Source of the DNA: Clostridiales bacterium
GTDB lineage: Bacteria > Bacillota > Clostridia > Christensenellales > Borkfalkiaceae
NCBI GenBank assembly: GCA_015055615.1
Contig: SVHT01000003.1
Location: 59,669 to 123,668, forward strand
Length of the DNA: 64,000 nucleotides
Direction of reading: 5' to 3'
Part shown: piece after piece, positions 36,015-45,887 of the stretch
Layout: each line of letters opens with the position of its first letter
Position numbering within the stretch: position 1 is the first letter of the stretch
Notes under the pieces: model-generated
What the model was told of the DNA's origin: nothing
Databases searched by the model: none
The model's input: the letters and a program-made list of their open reading frames with translations, nothing else
Position numbers and translations under genes: made by a program

Positions 36015-36887
36015 ATGAAAAAAATTGTTATTTTAGGTTGTGAAAATTCGCACGCAAATTCCTTTTTGAAATTTATTCGCGAGGACGAACGTTTTTCCGA
36101 CGTAGAGGTTGTTGGCGTTTACAGCGATGAAAAAGAGGCGATGCAAAAGGTGGCGACAGAGTTCAACGTGCCGACGATGGAAAACTACGACGACGGCGTG
36201 GGGAAGGTGGACGGCGTTGTGATTACAGCCCGTCACGGCGACAATCATTATAAGTACGCAAAGCCCTATATTTCTTCGGGTGTACCGATGTTTATTGATA
36301 AGCCGATTACCGTTTCCGAAGAGGACGCTATCGCTTTTGCGAAAGAATTAAAGGCGAACGACGTGCAAATTACGGGCGGGTCGTCCTGCCGTCACGCAAC
36401 GACGGTGCTTGAACTCAAATCGGACGCCGAAAATAAGGTTGGCGGCGACACGGTCGGCGGGTTTGTGGCTTGTCCGCTCAGTTCCAAAATGGGCTACGGC
36501 GGGTTCTATTTCTATTCGGAACATCTCGTAGACGTGGTTGGGGAAATTTTCGGACGCTATCCAAAATCGGTTAAGGCGTATACTTCGGGCGAAAATATCA
36601 ATTTGGTTTTACGTTATGAAAATTACGACGTCAACGGTTTGTTCGTTGAGGGCGGATTTGGTTGTTATTATGCCTCGCGCGTGGCGAAAGACGGCTCGAA
36701 GGGCGGAGCGCTCACGCTTGGTTTGGGAATTTTTATGGCGGAATGGGAAAGCTTTTACAAGCTTTTGCACGGCGGAAAAAGTGAATTTTCGTACGAAGAT
36801 TTTATCGCGCCGGTATTTGTTTTGAACGCAATCGAGCGTTCGATGCAGAGCGGAAAGGAAGAAGAAATTAAAAAAATACAATTATAA
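36015..36887 (+). CDS. Gfo/Idh/MocA-like oxidoreductase
   Basis: N-terminal Rossmann KIVILGCENSHANSF and ...MFIDKPIT... typical of the family. Confidence 0.65.
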   Translation: MKKIVILGCENSHANSFLKFIREDERFSDVEVVGVYSDEKEAMQKVATEFNVPTMENYDDGVGKVDGVVITARHGDNHYKYAKPYISSGVPMFIDKPITVSEEDAIAFAKELKANDVQITGGSSCRHATTVLELKSDAENKVGGDTVGGFVACPLSSKMGYGGFYFYSEHLVDVVGEIFGRYPKSVKAYTSGENINLVLRYENYDVNGLFVEGGFGCYYASRVAKDGSKGGALTLGLGIFMAEWESFYKLLHGGKSEFSYEDFIAPVFVLNAIERSMQSGKEEEIKKIQL

Positions 36888-36901
36888 AATTAGGAGTATG
36901 T

Positions 36902-38512
36902 ATGCAATACAAGACGATGGGCGTCATGCTGGATATGTCCCGCAACGCCGTTATGAAGGTTTCACAACTTAAAAAGTACATAGACTATCTTGCTGCTATG
37001 GGTTTTAACGCGTTGGAACTGTATACGGAGGACACCTTTAAGATAGAGGGCGAGCCGTATTTTGGATATCTTCGCGGTGGGTACACGGCAGACGAAATCA
37101 AGGAAGTGGACGCATACGCGGCAAGCAAGGGTATTGAGCTAATCCCCTGTATCCAAACGTTGGCGCATTTTACCAATCCCGCAAAATCTCTTTATTTTAA
37201 GGAAAATTTGTTGGATTGCGACGATATTTTGTTGATTGGCGAACCGAAGGTTTACGAATTTTTGGATAAAATCTTCAAAACACTTGCCGAAAACTTCACT
37301 TCGCGCAAGGTCAATATCGGTATGGACGAGGCGCATAACGTCGGGCTTGGCAAATACCTCGAAAGGAACGGTTATCGCGACCGTTCGGAAATTCTCGTTG
37401 AGCACCTCAACAAGGTATCGGAAATTGCGGAAAAATACGGTTTTACCTGCCATATGTGGAGCGATATGTTCTTCCGCTTAATTACAGGAGGCGAGTATTA
37501 CATAACGGAAAAGACGAAGGATGTGCACGTTTCCCCTGAAATCATAGCGAAAGTACCCGAAAACGTGGCGCTTACCTATTGGGATTATTACACGACGGAA
37601 AAAGAAAAATACGATTTGATGTTTGAAAAACATAAAGAATTCAACCGCGACGTTTGGTTTGCGGGCGGTGCTTGGACTTGGCAGGGGTTTGCTCCCCTTG
37701 GCGCTTATTCGCTCAGAAGTATGCGCCCCGCCATGCAAAGCGTATATGAAAACGGCATTGAAAACGTAATGTTTACCGTTTGGGGAGATAACGGCAAGGA
37801 CTGCTCGTATTTCTCGATATTGCCCACGCTGTACGCAATCCGTCAATTTGCAGACGGCAATTACGACATGGACAAAATCAAGGCGGATATGAAGGCGAAA
37901 TTCGGTTGGGATTACGACGAGTGGCTCGATTTGGATTTGCCCAACGACTTGCGTAAAAACGGCGTCAAAGACGACAAATGGAATTGCGTATGCAAAATTA
38001 TGGCGTTTACCGATCCCTTCCTTGGTATGCGCGACGTGGATTATGCGGAATTTGACCGAATTCCGTACGCAAAATACGGCGAAAAAATCGCCTCGCACGT
38101 GAAAAACGCAGGAGAGTTTTCCTATATTTTCGATACGCTTGCAAAGCTTTGCGCGTACTTGGAGCACAAGGCGGATTTAGGGATTCGTACCCGCGCTTTG
38201 TATCAGGCAAACGATAAAAAGGGTTTGAAAAAGCTTGTCAAGGAATACGGCGAAACGGTAAAGGCTTTGGACGTGTTTGCGGCGGCGCAAAAAGACCTTT
38301 GGATGCGTGAAAACAAGGCGTTCGGCTGGGAGGTACAAGAGGTGCGTATCGGCGGTATCCGCGCTCGGTTGCTGACGTGTAAAGACCGTTTGCTCGCATA
38401 CGTAAATGACGAGATTGATTGTATTGAAGAGTTGGAAGAAAAACTCGTGCACAGTGGGTACGGTTTTGGATATCATCTCTATCACGAAACGTACGGTCCG
38501 TCCAATTTGTAA
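36902..38512 (+). CDS. Glycoside hydrolase family 20-like beta-N-acetylhexosaminidase
   Basis: TIM-barrel N-terminus (GVMLDMSRN, NALELYTED), IELIPCIQTLAH, and catalytic-pair-like NIGMDEAH. Confidence 0.7.
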   Translation: MQYKTMGVMLDMSRNAVMKVSQLKKYIDYLAAMGFNALELYTEDTFKIEGEPYFGYLRGGYTADEIKEVDAYAASKGIELIPCIQTLAHFTNPAKSLYFKENLLDCDDILLIGEPKVYEFLDKIFKTLAENFTSRKVNIGMDEAHNVGLGKYLERNGYRDRSEILVEHLNKVSEIAEKYGFTCHMWSDMFFRLITGGEYYITEKTKDVHVSPEIIAKVPENVALTYWDYYTTEKEKYDLMFEKHKEFNRDVWFAGGAWTWQGFAPLGAYSLRSMRPAMQSVYENGIENVMFTVWGDNGKDCSYFSILPTLYAIRQFADGNYDMDKIKADMKAKFGWDYDEWLDLDLPNDLRKNGVKDDKWNCVCKIMAFTDPFLGMRDVDYAEFDRIPYAKYGEKIASHVKNAGEFSYIFDTLAKLCAYLEHKADLGIRTRALYQANDKKGLKKLVKEYGETVKALDVFAAAQKDLWMRENKAFGWEVQEVRIGGIRARLLTCKDRLLAYVNDEIDCIEELEEKLVHSGYGFGYHLYHETYGPSNL

Positions 38513-38529
38513 GGGATAAAAAATCACTA

Positions 38530-38558
38530 TTGACAGAACCCCGAAAAGAGGGTATAAT
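38530..38558 (+). promoter_or_regulatory. Sigma-A type promoter of uxuA
   Basis: TTGACA, 17-nt spacer, TATAAT. Confidence 0.6.
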
Positions 38559-38590
38559 AAAAGCAATATAAAAAACTAGGAGAATATGCT

Positions 38591-39676
38591 ATGCAAATGA
38601 CATTTCGTTGGTACGGCGAAGGTAACGACCGTATTAGTTTGCAGGACATCAAGCAAATTCCCGGCGTCAAGGGCATCGTGTGGGCTCTGCACGATAAAAT
38701 GCCCGGCGAAATTTGGGAAGAACACGAAATTGCGGCGGTAAAGGCGCAATGCGATAAGTACGGTTTTAATATCGACGTTGTCGAATCGGTAAACGTACAC
38801 GACGATATCAAAATCGGCTTACCTACCCGCGATTTGTATATCAAAAATTACATACAGACGATTCGCAACCTTGCGAAATTCGGCGTAAAGGTTATCTGCT
38901 ATAACTTTATGCCTATTTTCGACTGGACGAGAAGTAACCTTTTCCACGAAGTCGGCGACGGCTCGACCGCGCTTTTCTATGAAAAGGGTATGATTCAGGA
39001 CGATTACAACGCAATGGCGAAATACATTTTGGATTTCACCGAAAAATACAATATGTCCTTCCCCGGTTGGGAACCCGAGCGTATGGCGAAACTCGACCAG
39101 CTTTTCAAAGCGTACGAGGGCGTAGACCACGAAAAACTGTGGGCGAATTTGAAATATTTCTTGGAGGCGCTTATGCCCGTCTGCGAAGAAACGGGTATCA
39201 AGATGGCAATCCACATGGACGACCCGCCTTGGGATATTTTTGGCTTGCCTAGACTTTTGGTGGACGAGCCGAGTATCGACAGATTTTTGAAGATGGTCGA
39301 CCACCCTTGCAACTGTCTTACGCTCTGTTCGGGCAGTTTGAACGCAAACCCCGAAAACAACGTGGCGGCAATCGTCAGAAAACATTGCGACCGTATCGCT
39401 TTTGCGCATATCCGCAACGTAAAGCATTTTGAAAACGGCGATTTCTCGGAGGCGAGCCACCGCGACTGCGACGGCGACACGGGCATTATCGAAATTGTAA
39501 AAGCGTACCACGATTGCGGGTTCGACGGCTATATTCGTCCCGACCACGGCAGACACCTTTGGGGTGAAAAGGCGGGTACGGTACGCCCTGGCTACGGTCT
39601 GTACGACCGCGCTTTGGGTATTATGTATATGCTTGGCATTTGGGATATGCTGGACAGATTGGACGGCAAAAATTAA
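38591..39676 (+). CDS. uxuA: Mannonate dehydratase
   Basis: MQMTFRWYGE N-terminus and length/pattern typical of UxuA. AGGAGAA RBS. Confidence 0.85.
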   Translation: MQMTFRWYGEGNDRISLQDIKQIPGVKGIVWALHDKMPGEIWEEHEIAAVKAQCDKYGFNIDVVESVNVHDDIKIGLPTRDLYIKNYIQTIRNLAKFGVKVICYNFMPIFDWTRSNLFHEVGDGSTALFYEKGMIQDDYNAMAKYILDFTEKYNMSFPGWEPERMAKLDQLFKAYEGVDHEKLWANLKYFLEALMPVCEETGIKMAIHMDDPPWDIFGLPRLLVDEPSIDRFLKMVDHPCNCLTLCSGSLNANPENNVAAIVRKHCDRIAFAHIRNVKHFENGDFSEASHRDCDGDTGIIEIVKAYHDCGFDGYIRPDHGRHLWGEKAGTVRPGYGLYDRALGIMYMLGIWDMLDRLDGKN

Positions 39677-39682
39677 AGAAAG

Positions 39683-40513
39683 ATGAAGACGTATTTGATT
39701 GCGGTGGATTTGGAGGGCGTGCACGACGTTTGCGGTATGTCTTACGAAGAATCGCCTATCTACGGAATTCCTAGAACGTCGGACGAATACAAACGGGCGG
39801 TTGCCTCGGCAACGGAGGAAATCAACGTTGCCGTAGACGAACTGTTTGCGTGCGGTGCAGGAAAAGTTGTTGTTTGGGATAATCACGGCGGCGGGAAAAA
39901 TTTGGATTTTGCAAAAATCGATTCGCGCGCAGAGCAATATATTCCCGACAATTTAAAACCGCGTATGGAGTTTATGCCCCGTTTTGCCTTTGACGGCGTG
40001 CTGTATATCGGCTATCACTCGCGCGCGGGCTCGCCTCGCGGCGTATTGTCGCATACCTATAACAGCGTTGAGATTCAGTATATCAAAATCAACGGCAAGC
40101 AGGTGGGCGAATTTGATATCGACAGCTATATTGCCGCGCATTACGGCGTTCCGTCCGTCTTTGTGGCGAGCGACGACGTTTGTATAGGGCAGGTGTCGGT
40201 GTCTAGCCCCGAAACGGAAACGGCTATCACAAAAATCGGCGTTTCCCGTCGGCAGGCGCAATTCCGTGACAAAGACAAAGTCTTTGCCGATATCCGCGCG
40301 GGTATAAAACGGGCGGTAACAAAAAAAATGCAGGCGAAAAAGCTCGTTTTTCCGTGTGCATTGGAAATCCGTTCCACAAAGCAAGAACGGGCGGAAAAAA
40401 ACTACGAAAAGCTGCTTAAAACAATCCCCGTCGAGTGGGGCGAGGACGCGCATACGATACGCGCTACGCTACGCAATATCGACGATTTGCGGTTGTTCTT
40501 ATTGGTGTTTTAA
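39683..40513 (+). CDS. M55 family metallopeptidase (DppA D-aminopeptidase-like)
   Basis: The N-terminal pattern MK.Y...D.EGV... and overall length match M55/DppA proteins. Confidence 0.6.
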   Translation: MKTYLIAVDLEGVHDVCGMSYEESPIYGIPRTSDEYKRAVASATEEINVAVDELFACGAGKVVVWDNHGGGKNLDFAKIDSRAEQYIPDNLKPRMEFMPRFAFDGVLYIGYHSRAGSPRGVLSHTYNSVEIQYIKINGKQVGEFDIDSYIAAHYGVPSVFVASDDVCIGQVSVSSPETETAITKIGVSRRQAQFRDKDKVFADIRAGIKRAVTKKMQAKKLVFPCALEIRSTKQERAEKNYEKLLKTIPVEWGEDAHTIRATLRNIDDLRLFLLVF

Positions 40514-40553
40514 CGTAAAATAAAAAATAAAAACCTGAATAGGAGAAAAGAAT

Positions 40554-41384
40554 ATGAACGTACCTTTTAACGTAAATTTGGAAAACAAAGTGGTTGCCAT
40601 AACAGGCGCAGGCGGTATCATTTGCAGCGAATTTGCCAAGGCTATGGCAGAGTGTGGCGCAAAGGTTGCCCTTCTGGATATCAACTACGACGCGGCAGCC
40701 GCGGTTGCGGAAGCGATTGGCGACAACGCGATTGCGATTCGTTGCAACTGCTTGGATAAGGAAAGCATTATCGAGGCGAAAAAATCGATTAACGAGAGCT
40801 TTGGCGCGGTAAACTTCTTGATTAACGGCGCAGGCGGTAATAACCCTCGCGCGTCTACGGACAACGAAACGATGACGCCCGATTTGGAAGGGGTAAAAGA
40901 TTTCTTTGCGCTCGAAGAAAGCGGTTTGAAATTTGTGTTCGACCTCAACATCACGTCGGCGTTCTTGGTAACGCAGGTATTTGCGCCCGATATGATTAAA
41001 ACGGGGGGCAACATCATCAATATTTCGTCGATGAACGCATACCGTCCCTTGACGAAGATTCCGGCATACTCGGCGGCAAAGGCAGGTATTTCCAACTTTA
41101 CGCAATGGCTTGCGGTACACTTCGCGCCCTGCAATATCCGTTGCAACGCGATTGCGCCGGGTTTCTTCGTAACCAACCAAAACCGTAGCTTGCTCTTCAA
41201 CGAGGACGGCTCGCCTACCCCCAGAACGGGTAAGATTTTGGCGGCTACGCCCATGAAGAAGTTTGGCGAAATTTCCGATTTGATCGGTTGCTTGCTGTGG
41301 CTTGCGGACGATAACGCCAGCGGTTTTGTAACGGGTACGGTTATTCCCGTAGACGGTGGTTTCTCGGCGTATAGCGGTGTATAA
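40554..41384 (+). CDS. SDR-family oxidoreductase (short-chain type D-mannonate/fructuronate oxidoreductase-like)
   Basis: ITGAGGIIC cofactor motif and YSAAKAG catalytic YxxxK. Neighbour of uxuA. Confidence 0.75.
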   Translation: MNVPFNVNLENKVVAITGAGGIICSEFAKAMAECGAKVALLDINYDAAAAVAEAIGDNAIAIRCNCLDKESIIEAKKSINESFGAVNFLINGAGGNNPRASTDNETMTPDLEGVKDFFALEESGLKFVFDLNITSAFLVTQVFAPDMIKTGGNIINISSMNAYRPLTKIPAYSAAKAGISNFTQWLAVHFAPCNIRCNAIAPGFFVTNQNRSLLFNEDGSPTPRTGKILAATPMKKFGEISDLIGCLLWLADDNASGFVTGTVIPVDGGFSAYSGV

Positions 41385-41461
41385 AACGTATAGGATTCCG
41401 CCCGTTGTTCCATACTTGGGACAACGGGTAATTTGTATTGAAAGACAATAAGGAAATTTGT

Positions 41462-42436
41462 ATGAAGAAATATATTATCGGTATCGACCTTGGGGGGATG
41501 GGCGCAAAGGGCGCGGTATTCTCTTACGAGGGCGAACTGTTGTATAATAGCAAAGTAAAAACTTGTAAAAAAGACGGTTTTGAGGGCACGGTGGAGCTGC
41601 TCAACCGTTTCGCCCAAGACCTTGCAAAGGGCGCAGGCGTGGATTATTCCGACGTTGTGGCAATCGGTTTGGGTTCGCCCGGGGTTGTGGACAGTATGCG
41701 GGGTATCGTGCTCCGTTGGAGTAATTTCGACTGGGATAACGTGCCTTTGGCGGACAGCCTTTCCAAGCTCGCAAACAAGCCGGTATGTATCGCAAACGAC
41801 GCCAACGTGGCGGCGCTCGGCGAGGCGAAATTCGGTTCGACTTCGCAATATCAAAGCAGTATTTTGATTACGATCGGTACGGGTGTGGGGAGCGGTATCG
41901 TCTTTGACGGAAAGCTGATAGAGGGATTTCGTAGCGCGGGCGCGGAGCTCGGACACGTGACTATACGCGAAGGGGGCTTGCCTTGCGCTTGCGGTAGACG
42001 CGGATGCTATGAAAAATACGCATCCACGACGGCGCTTATCCGTCAAACCCGACACGCCATGGTAGAAGATTTAAACAGCTTGCTTTGGGAAGAATCGGGC
42101 GGAAAAATCGAAAACGTCGACGGCAGAACGGCGTTTGCCGCGGCTCGGCGCGGGGATAAAACGGCGCAGGCGGTTATCGACCAATTCGTGGGCTATTTGT
42201 CGGAAGGCATAGCCGATTTTGTCAATATTTTACGTCCCGAGGCAATCGTTTTGGGTGGCGGTATCGTCGGCGAGGGCGAGGCGTTGTTCGAGCCACTTCG
42301 CAAAGCCGTAGACGCAAGAACGTATATCGCCATGGATATCGTACCTTTGAAGATTGTTGGAGCAAAGCTCGGCAATCAAGCGGGGGTGTACGGCGCATAT
42401 TCGTTGGCAAAGGAACGCCTAGAAAGCGAAAAATGA
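41462..42436 (+). CDS. ROK-family sugar kinase (glucokinase-like)
   Basis: IGIDLGG, ANDANVAALGE and CACGRRGCYE ROK motifs. AAGGAAA RBS before the ATG at 41462. Confidence 0.8.
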   Translation: MKKYIIGIDLGGMGAKGAVFSYEGELLYNSKVKTCKKDGFEGTVELLNRFAQDLAKGAGVDYSDVVAIGLGSPGVVDSMRGIVLRWSNFDWDNVPLADSLSKLANKPVCIANDANVAALGEAKFGSTSQYQSSILITIGTGVGSGIVFDGKLIEGFRSAGAELGHVTIREGGLPCACGRRGCYEKYASTTALIRQTRHAMVEDLNSLLWEESGGKIENVDGRTAFAAARRGDKTAQAVIDQFVGYLSEGIADFVNILRPEAIVLGGGIVGEGEALFEPLRKAVDARTYIAMDIVPLKIVGAKLGNQAGVYGAYSLAKERLESEK

Positions 42437-42480
42437 TAAAAAACCGCACAAAAACGATACAAAAGAGTAAAGGGATAGTA

Positions 42481-42509
42481 TTGCCAAGTAAAGGTATTTA
42501 TGGTATACT
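42481..42509 (+). promoter_or_regulatory. Sigma-A type promoter of the GH2 gene
   Basis: TTGCCA, 17-nt spacer, TATACT. Confidence 0.5.
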
Positions 42510-42511
42510 AA

Positions 42512-42534
42512 TTGCGTGATATATTATCACGCAA
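42512..42534. promoter_or_regulatory. Candidate operator / 5'-UTR hairpin
   Basis: Perfect 10-bp inverted repeat TTGCGTGATA-TAT-TATCACGCAA, starting 3 nt after the -10 box. Confidence 0.5.
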
Positions 42535-42557
42535 AGAAAGATAGGAATAATAGGCTC

Positions 42558-44906
42558 ATGAAAAAGAACGTATACATTGAAAATTGGCGTTTGGCGTGGT
42601 TGCCCAATGCGCAGGTGGTTGGCGAAGGCGTGGTGTTGAAAACGCCCGCGGACGTAGAAAAAGGCGGTTATCAAACGATTTTGGCAAGCGTACCAGGGAA
42701 TTTTGAACTCGATTTTATGCGCGAGGGCTTGATGGAAGATATCTATTTTGGGGATAACTCTATCAAGGCGCAAAAAAACGAGAATTTACATCTGTATTAT
42801 TTCACGGAATTTACCTACGAAAAGCAGGAGGGATTCGACGGCTCGCTCTGTTTTGAGGGAGTGGATACGGCGGCGGAAATTTATTTGGACGGGGCTTTGC
42901 TCGGCTTTGTCGAGAATATGTTCTGTGAACACAGATTTAGTTTAAAGGACGTGGAAGAGGGCAAGCATACCTTGCTCGTGCATATTTTGCCAGCGGTAAT
43001 TTACGCGCGACAGTTCGATTTGCCTGCAATGTGCTATGGCTTGAAATACAACCATGACGCCGTACAGATACGCAAAGCAATGTCTATGTTCGGTTGGGAT
43101 ATTATGCCCCGTATCGTATCGGGCGGGCTTTGGAAAAGCGTATCTGTCGAATATTTACCGAAATCTCGCCTTGTCAATCCGTTTACCTTTGTAAAAAGCT
43201 TTAACAGCGAAAAGGACGTCTGGATAGAAACGAGCTTTAAAATTGAAACGACGGCAGAATATATGTTCGATTTTTCCGTGGAAGTGACGGGGCGTTGCAA
43301 GGACAGTACGTTCAGCAAAAAATACGTGCCGTATACGGCGAACGTTCGTATGCCATTCGGCGTGGAAAATCCCTATCTGTGGTGGCCGAAAAACTACGGC
43401 GAGCCGAATTTGTACGATATCGAAATCGTGCTGTATTATAAAGGCGTGGAGGTGGACCGCGTGCAATACCGTACGGGGCTCCGTCACGTATGGCTTAGAC
43501 GAACCTCGCGTTCGGGGGCAGACGGGGATTTCTGTTTTGTGGTCAACGGCAAAAGAGTGTTCGTGTTGGGGACGAATTGGGTTCCTACCGACGCATTCCC
43601 TTCCCGCCATGACGAATATACGCTGCGCGGTATTCAGTTGGCGGACGATATCGGGTGTAATATGATTCGCTGTTGGGGGGGCAACGCGTACCCTAGCGAC
43701 GTGCTTTACGATTATTGCGACGAACACGGTATTATGGTTTGGCAGGATTTTGCGTTGGCGTGCGGACATTATCCCGACGATAAACGCATTTGCGATTTGG
43801 TGCGCGAAGAAGTTAAAGAAGTGGCAATTCGCCTTCGCAACCACCCGTCCCTTACCCTTTGGGCGGGGGATAACGAATGCGATTCTTTCGTTGCGAATTA
43901 TTGGAAAGACCATAGCGACGAAAATGAGCCTTCGTCCTATCTCAACCCCAATTTGAACGTGTTGACGCGCGACGTGATTTTGCACGAGATTCGCAATCAC
44001 GACGCAACCCGTCCGTACTTGCCTAGCTCTCCCTATATCGACGAAATTGTGTATAAGTACGGTATGCCCGCAGAAGACCATTTGTGGGGCCCGCGCGACT
44101 ATTTTAAGGGCGATTATTACGGCACGGCGGAGGCGAATTTTGCGTCCGAAATCGGGTATCACGGCTGTCCGTCCCCGAAATCTTTGGAAAAATATATTTC
44201 GGCAGAGCAAATGCCGAAGAATTCCATTTACGATATTTGCGACAAGCCCGATTGGCTGACGCACGCGGCGGGTGTGGAAACGTGCGTAGAAGAAAACCCT
44301 TACGCCTATCGTTTGCCGCTCATGATTAGCCAAGTAGAGCGTTTGTTTGGTAATGCGAGCGCGGATTTGGGTGAATTTGCCCGTCAGAGCCAGGTTTCGC
44401 AAGCGGAAGCGGTGAAATTTTTCATTGAATATTTCCGTACGACGAAGGGTAGAAGAACGGGGCTTTTGTGGTGGAATATTATCGACGGTTGGCCGCAAAT
44501 TTCCGACGCGGTGGTCGATTGGTACGGCGTTAAAAAGCTCGCGTACGGTTATATCAAGCGTTCGCAAGCGCCTTTGTGTTTGATGTGCGCGGAGCCGAAA
44601 AACGGCGTTTTGCCGTTGATTGCCAGCAACGACACGCAGGAAGATAAGACGGTGGAATATACCGTAGAAAACGTGGTCACGGGCGACAAAGTAGCAGACG
44701 GTAGATTTACGGTCGGCGCAAACGGCTTGGTACATATTGCGGATTTGCCCGAACAAAAAGACGGTTTCTATCTGATTCGTTGGACGGACGGAAAGGTAAA
44801 CGGCGTCAACCATTTCGTCTGCAATATCGGCGATGATTGGACGTGGGAACGCTATGCAGATTGTATGAAAAAAGTCGGTTTCTACGACGAATTCGAGGGC
44901 TTTTAA
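42558..44906 (+). CDS. Glycoside hydrolase family 2 beta-mannosidase-like
   Basis: NMIRCWGGNAYPSD..YDYCDEHGIMVWQDF and WAGDNEC motifs typical of GH2 beta-mannosidases. Confidence 0.75.
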   Translation: MKKNVYIENWRLAWLPNAQVVGEGVVLKTPADVEKGGYQTILASVPGNFELDFMREGLMEDIYFGDNSIKAQKNENLHLYYFTEFTYEKQEGFDGSLCFEGVDTAAEIYLDGALLGFVENMFCEHRFSLKDVEEGKHTLLVHILPAVIYARQFDLPAMCYGLKYNHDAVQIRKAMSMFGWDIMPRIVSGGLWKSVSVEYLPKSRLVNPFTFVKSFNSEKDVWIETSFKIETTAEYMFDFSVEVTGRCKDSTFSKKYVPYTANVRMPFGVENPYLWWPKNYGEPNLYDIEIVLYYKGVEVDRVQYRTGLRHVWLRRTSRSGADGDFCFVVNGKRVFVLGTNWVPTDAFPSRHDEYTLRGIQLADDIGCNMIRCWGGNAYPSDVLYDYCDEHGIMVWQDFALACGHYPDDKRICDLVREEVKEVAIRLRNHPSLTLWAGDNECDSFVANYWKDHSDENEPSSYLNPNLNVLTRDVILHEIRNHDATRPYLPSSPYIDEIVYKYGMPAEDHLWGPRDYFKGDYYGTAEANFASEIGYHGCPSPKSLEKYISAEQMPKNSIYDICDKPDWLTHAAGVETCVEENPYAYRLPLMISQVERLFGNASADLGEFARQSQVSQAEAVKFFIEYFRTTKGRRTGLLWWNIIDGWPQISDAVVDWYGVKKLAYGYIKRSQAPLCLMCAEPKNGVLPLIASNDTQEDKTVEYTVENVVTGDKVADGRFTVGANGLVHIADLPEQKDGFYLIRWTDGKVNGVNHFVCNIGDDWTWERYADCMKKVGFYDEFEGF

Positions 44907-44943
44907 TAAACAATAAAGTGGCAATAAAATGCGAGGGGAAATT

Positions 44944-45771
44944 ATGACGCGTATGAAAAAGATATTGATAAAAATGTTCTCGTTTACGACGTGCGTTGCG
45001 ACACTTGCATTTTCTGCTTGTAAAGGAAAAGAAGCTAATCGTTGGGGCTCTATCCAAGAAGAACAATCCAGCGTTTCTAATGCCCCGTCAGAGGAAGTTT
45101 CGGATTCTACCGATTCTGATTTCGTGACGGAGGAAATCGAGTATGCCCTTTCCGACGACGGTACGTATGCAATCGTAATGGGCTACAACGGGACAGAGAA
45201 AAAGATTTATATCGACTCTTCCTATGACGGCGTACCCGTTACGGAAATTGCCGATTACGCCTTTTACGGTTATAACGAAATGAGGGAAGTTTTTATACCG
45301 AAAAGCGTTCATAAAATCGGATTTTCTGCGTTTGATTCCGATGCGCCGTTAAGTAAAATGACGTTGCCGTTTATCGGCGAAACAAAGGACGGCACGGAAA
45401 ACGTGCATTTTGGGTATATCTTCGGCGCAAACGATTTTACGGAAAATAAAAATTTTGTACCCAAAACCTTGCAAGAAGTATGGATTAGCGATTGTACGTA
45501 TATCGGCGATTATGCCTTTCGTGAGTGCGAGAATATCACGCATATTGTTCTTCCCGACACGCTGACGACGGTTGGCTCTGGGACGTTTCATACGTGTAGC
45601 AGTTTGTTGAAAATCGTAATTCCGCGCTCTGTGACGAGCTTTGGCAATTACTCGTTTGCGTATTGCTACAATGCAGAGATTTGTTGCGAGGTGGAGAAAA
45701 AACCGAGCGGTTGGGACATAATGTGGGACTACGGATATCCCGTAACTTGGGGATACACGGGTGAGAAATAA
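44944..45771 (+). CDS. BspA-type leucine-rich-repeat lipoprotein
   Basis: Signal peptide with lipobox LAFSAC. LRR units (IADYAFYG, IGFSAFD, IGDYAFREC, VGSGTFHTC) and LPFIGETK...FGYIFG as in the 12228 ORF. Confidence 0.75.
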   Translation: MTRMKKILIKMFSFTTCVATLAFSACKGKEANRWGSIQEEQSSVSNAPSEEVSDSTDSDFVTEEIEYALSDDGTYAIVMGYNGTEKKIYIDSSYDGVPVTEIADYAFYGYNEMREVFIPKSVHKIGFSAFDSDAPLSKMTLPFIGETKDGTENVHFGYIFGANDFTENKNFVPKTLQEVWISDCTYIGDYAFRECENITHIVLPDTLTTVGSGTFHTCSSLLKIVIPRSVTSFGNYSFAYCYNAEICCEVEKKPSGWDIMWDYGYPVTWGYTGEK

Positions 45772-45790
45772 AATAATTGAACAAAAAAAC

Positions 45791-45828
45791 AGCCGCCACG
45801 TTGGATAAAAACGCGACGGCTTTTCGTT
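45791..45828 (+). terminator. Imperfect terminator after the LRR lipoprotein gene
   Basis: Stem AGCCGCCACG / CGCGACGGCT (two mismatches), followed by TTTTCGTTT. Confidence 0.4.
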
Positions 45829-45839
45829 TGCGCGGAAAC

Positions 45840-45869
45840 GTATAAAACCAATGAAAATTCCGCAAAATA
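45840..45869 (+). promoter_or_regulatory. Candidate forespore (sigma-F/G type) promoter of spoVAEB
   Basis: GTATA, 18-nt spacer, CAAAATA fits the GnATR-N17/18-CAnnnTA pattern. It lies very close to the RBS, so this is tentative. Confidence 0.3.
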
Positions 45870-45887
45870 ACCAAAAAGAGGTGGGTT

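Noticed and set aside
43155-44924. 589-aa minus-strand ORF antisense to the GH2 gene
   Set aside because: It has the same shadow-ORF composition and no motifs. The GH2 frame is unambiguous.
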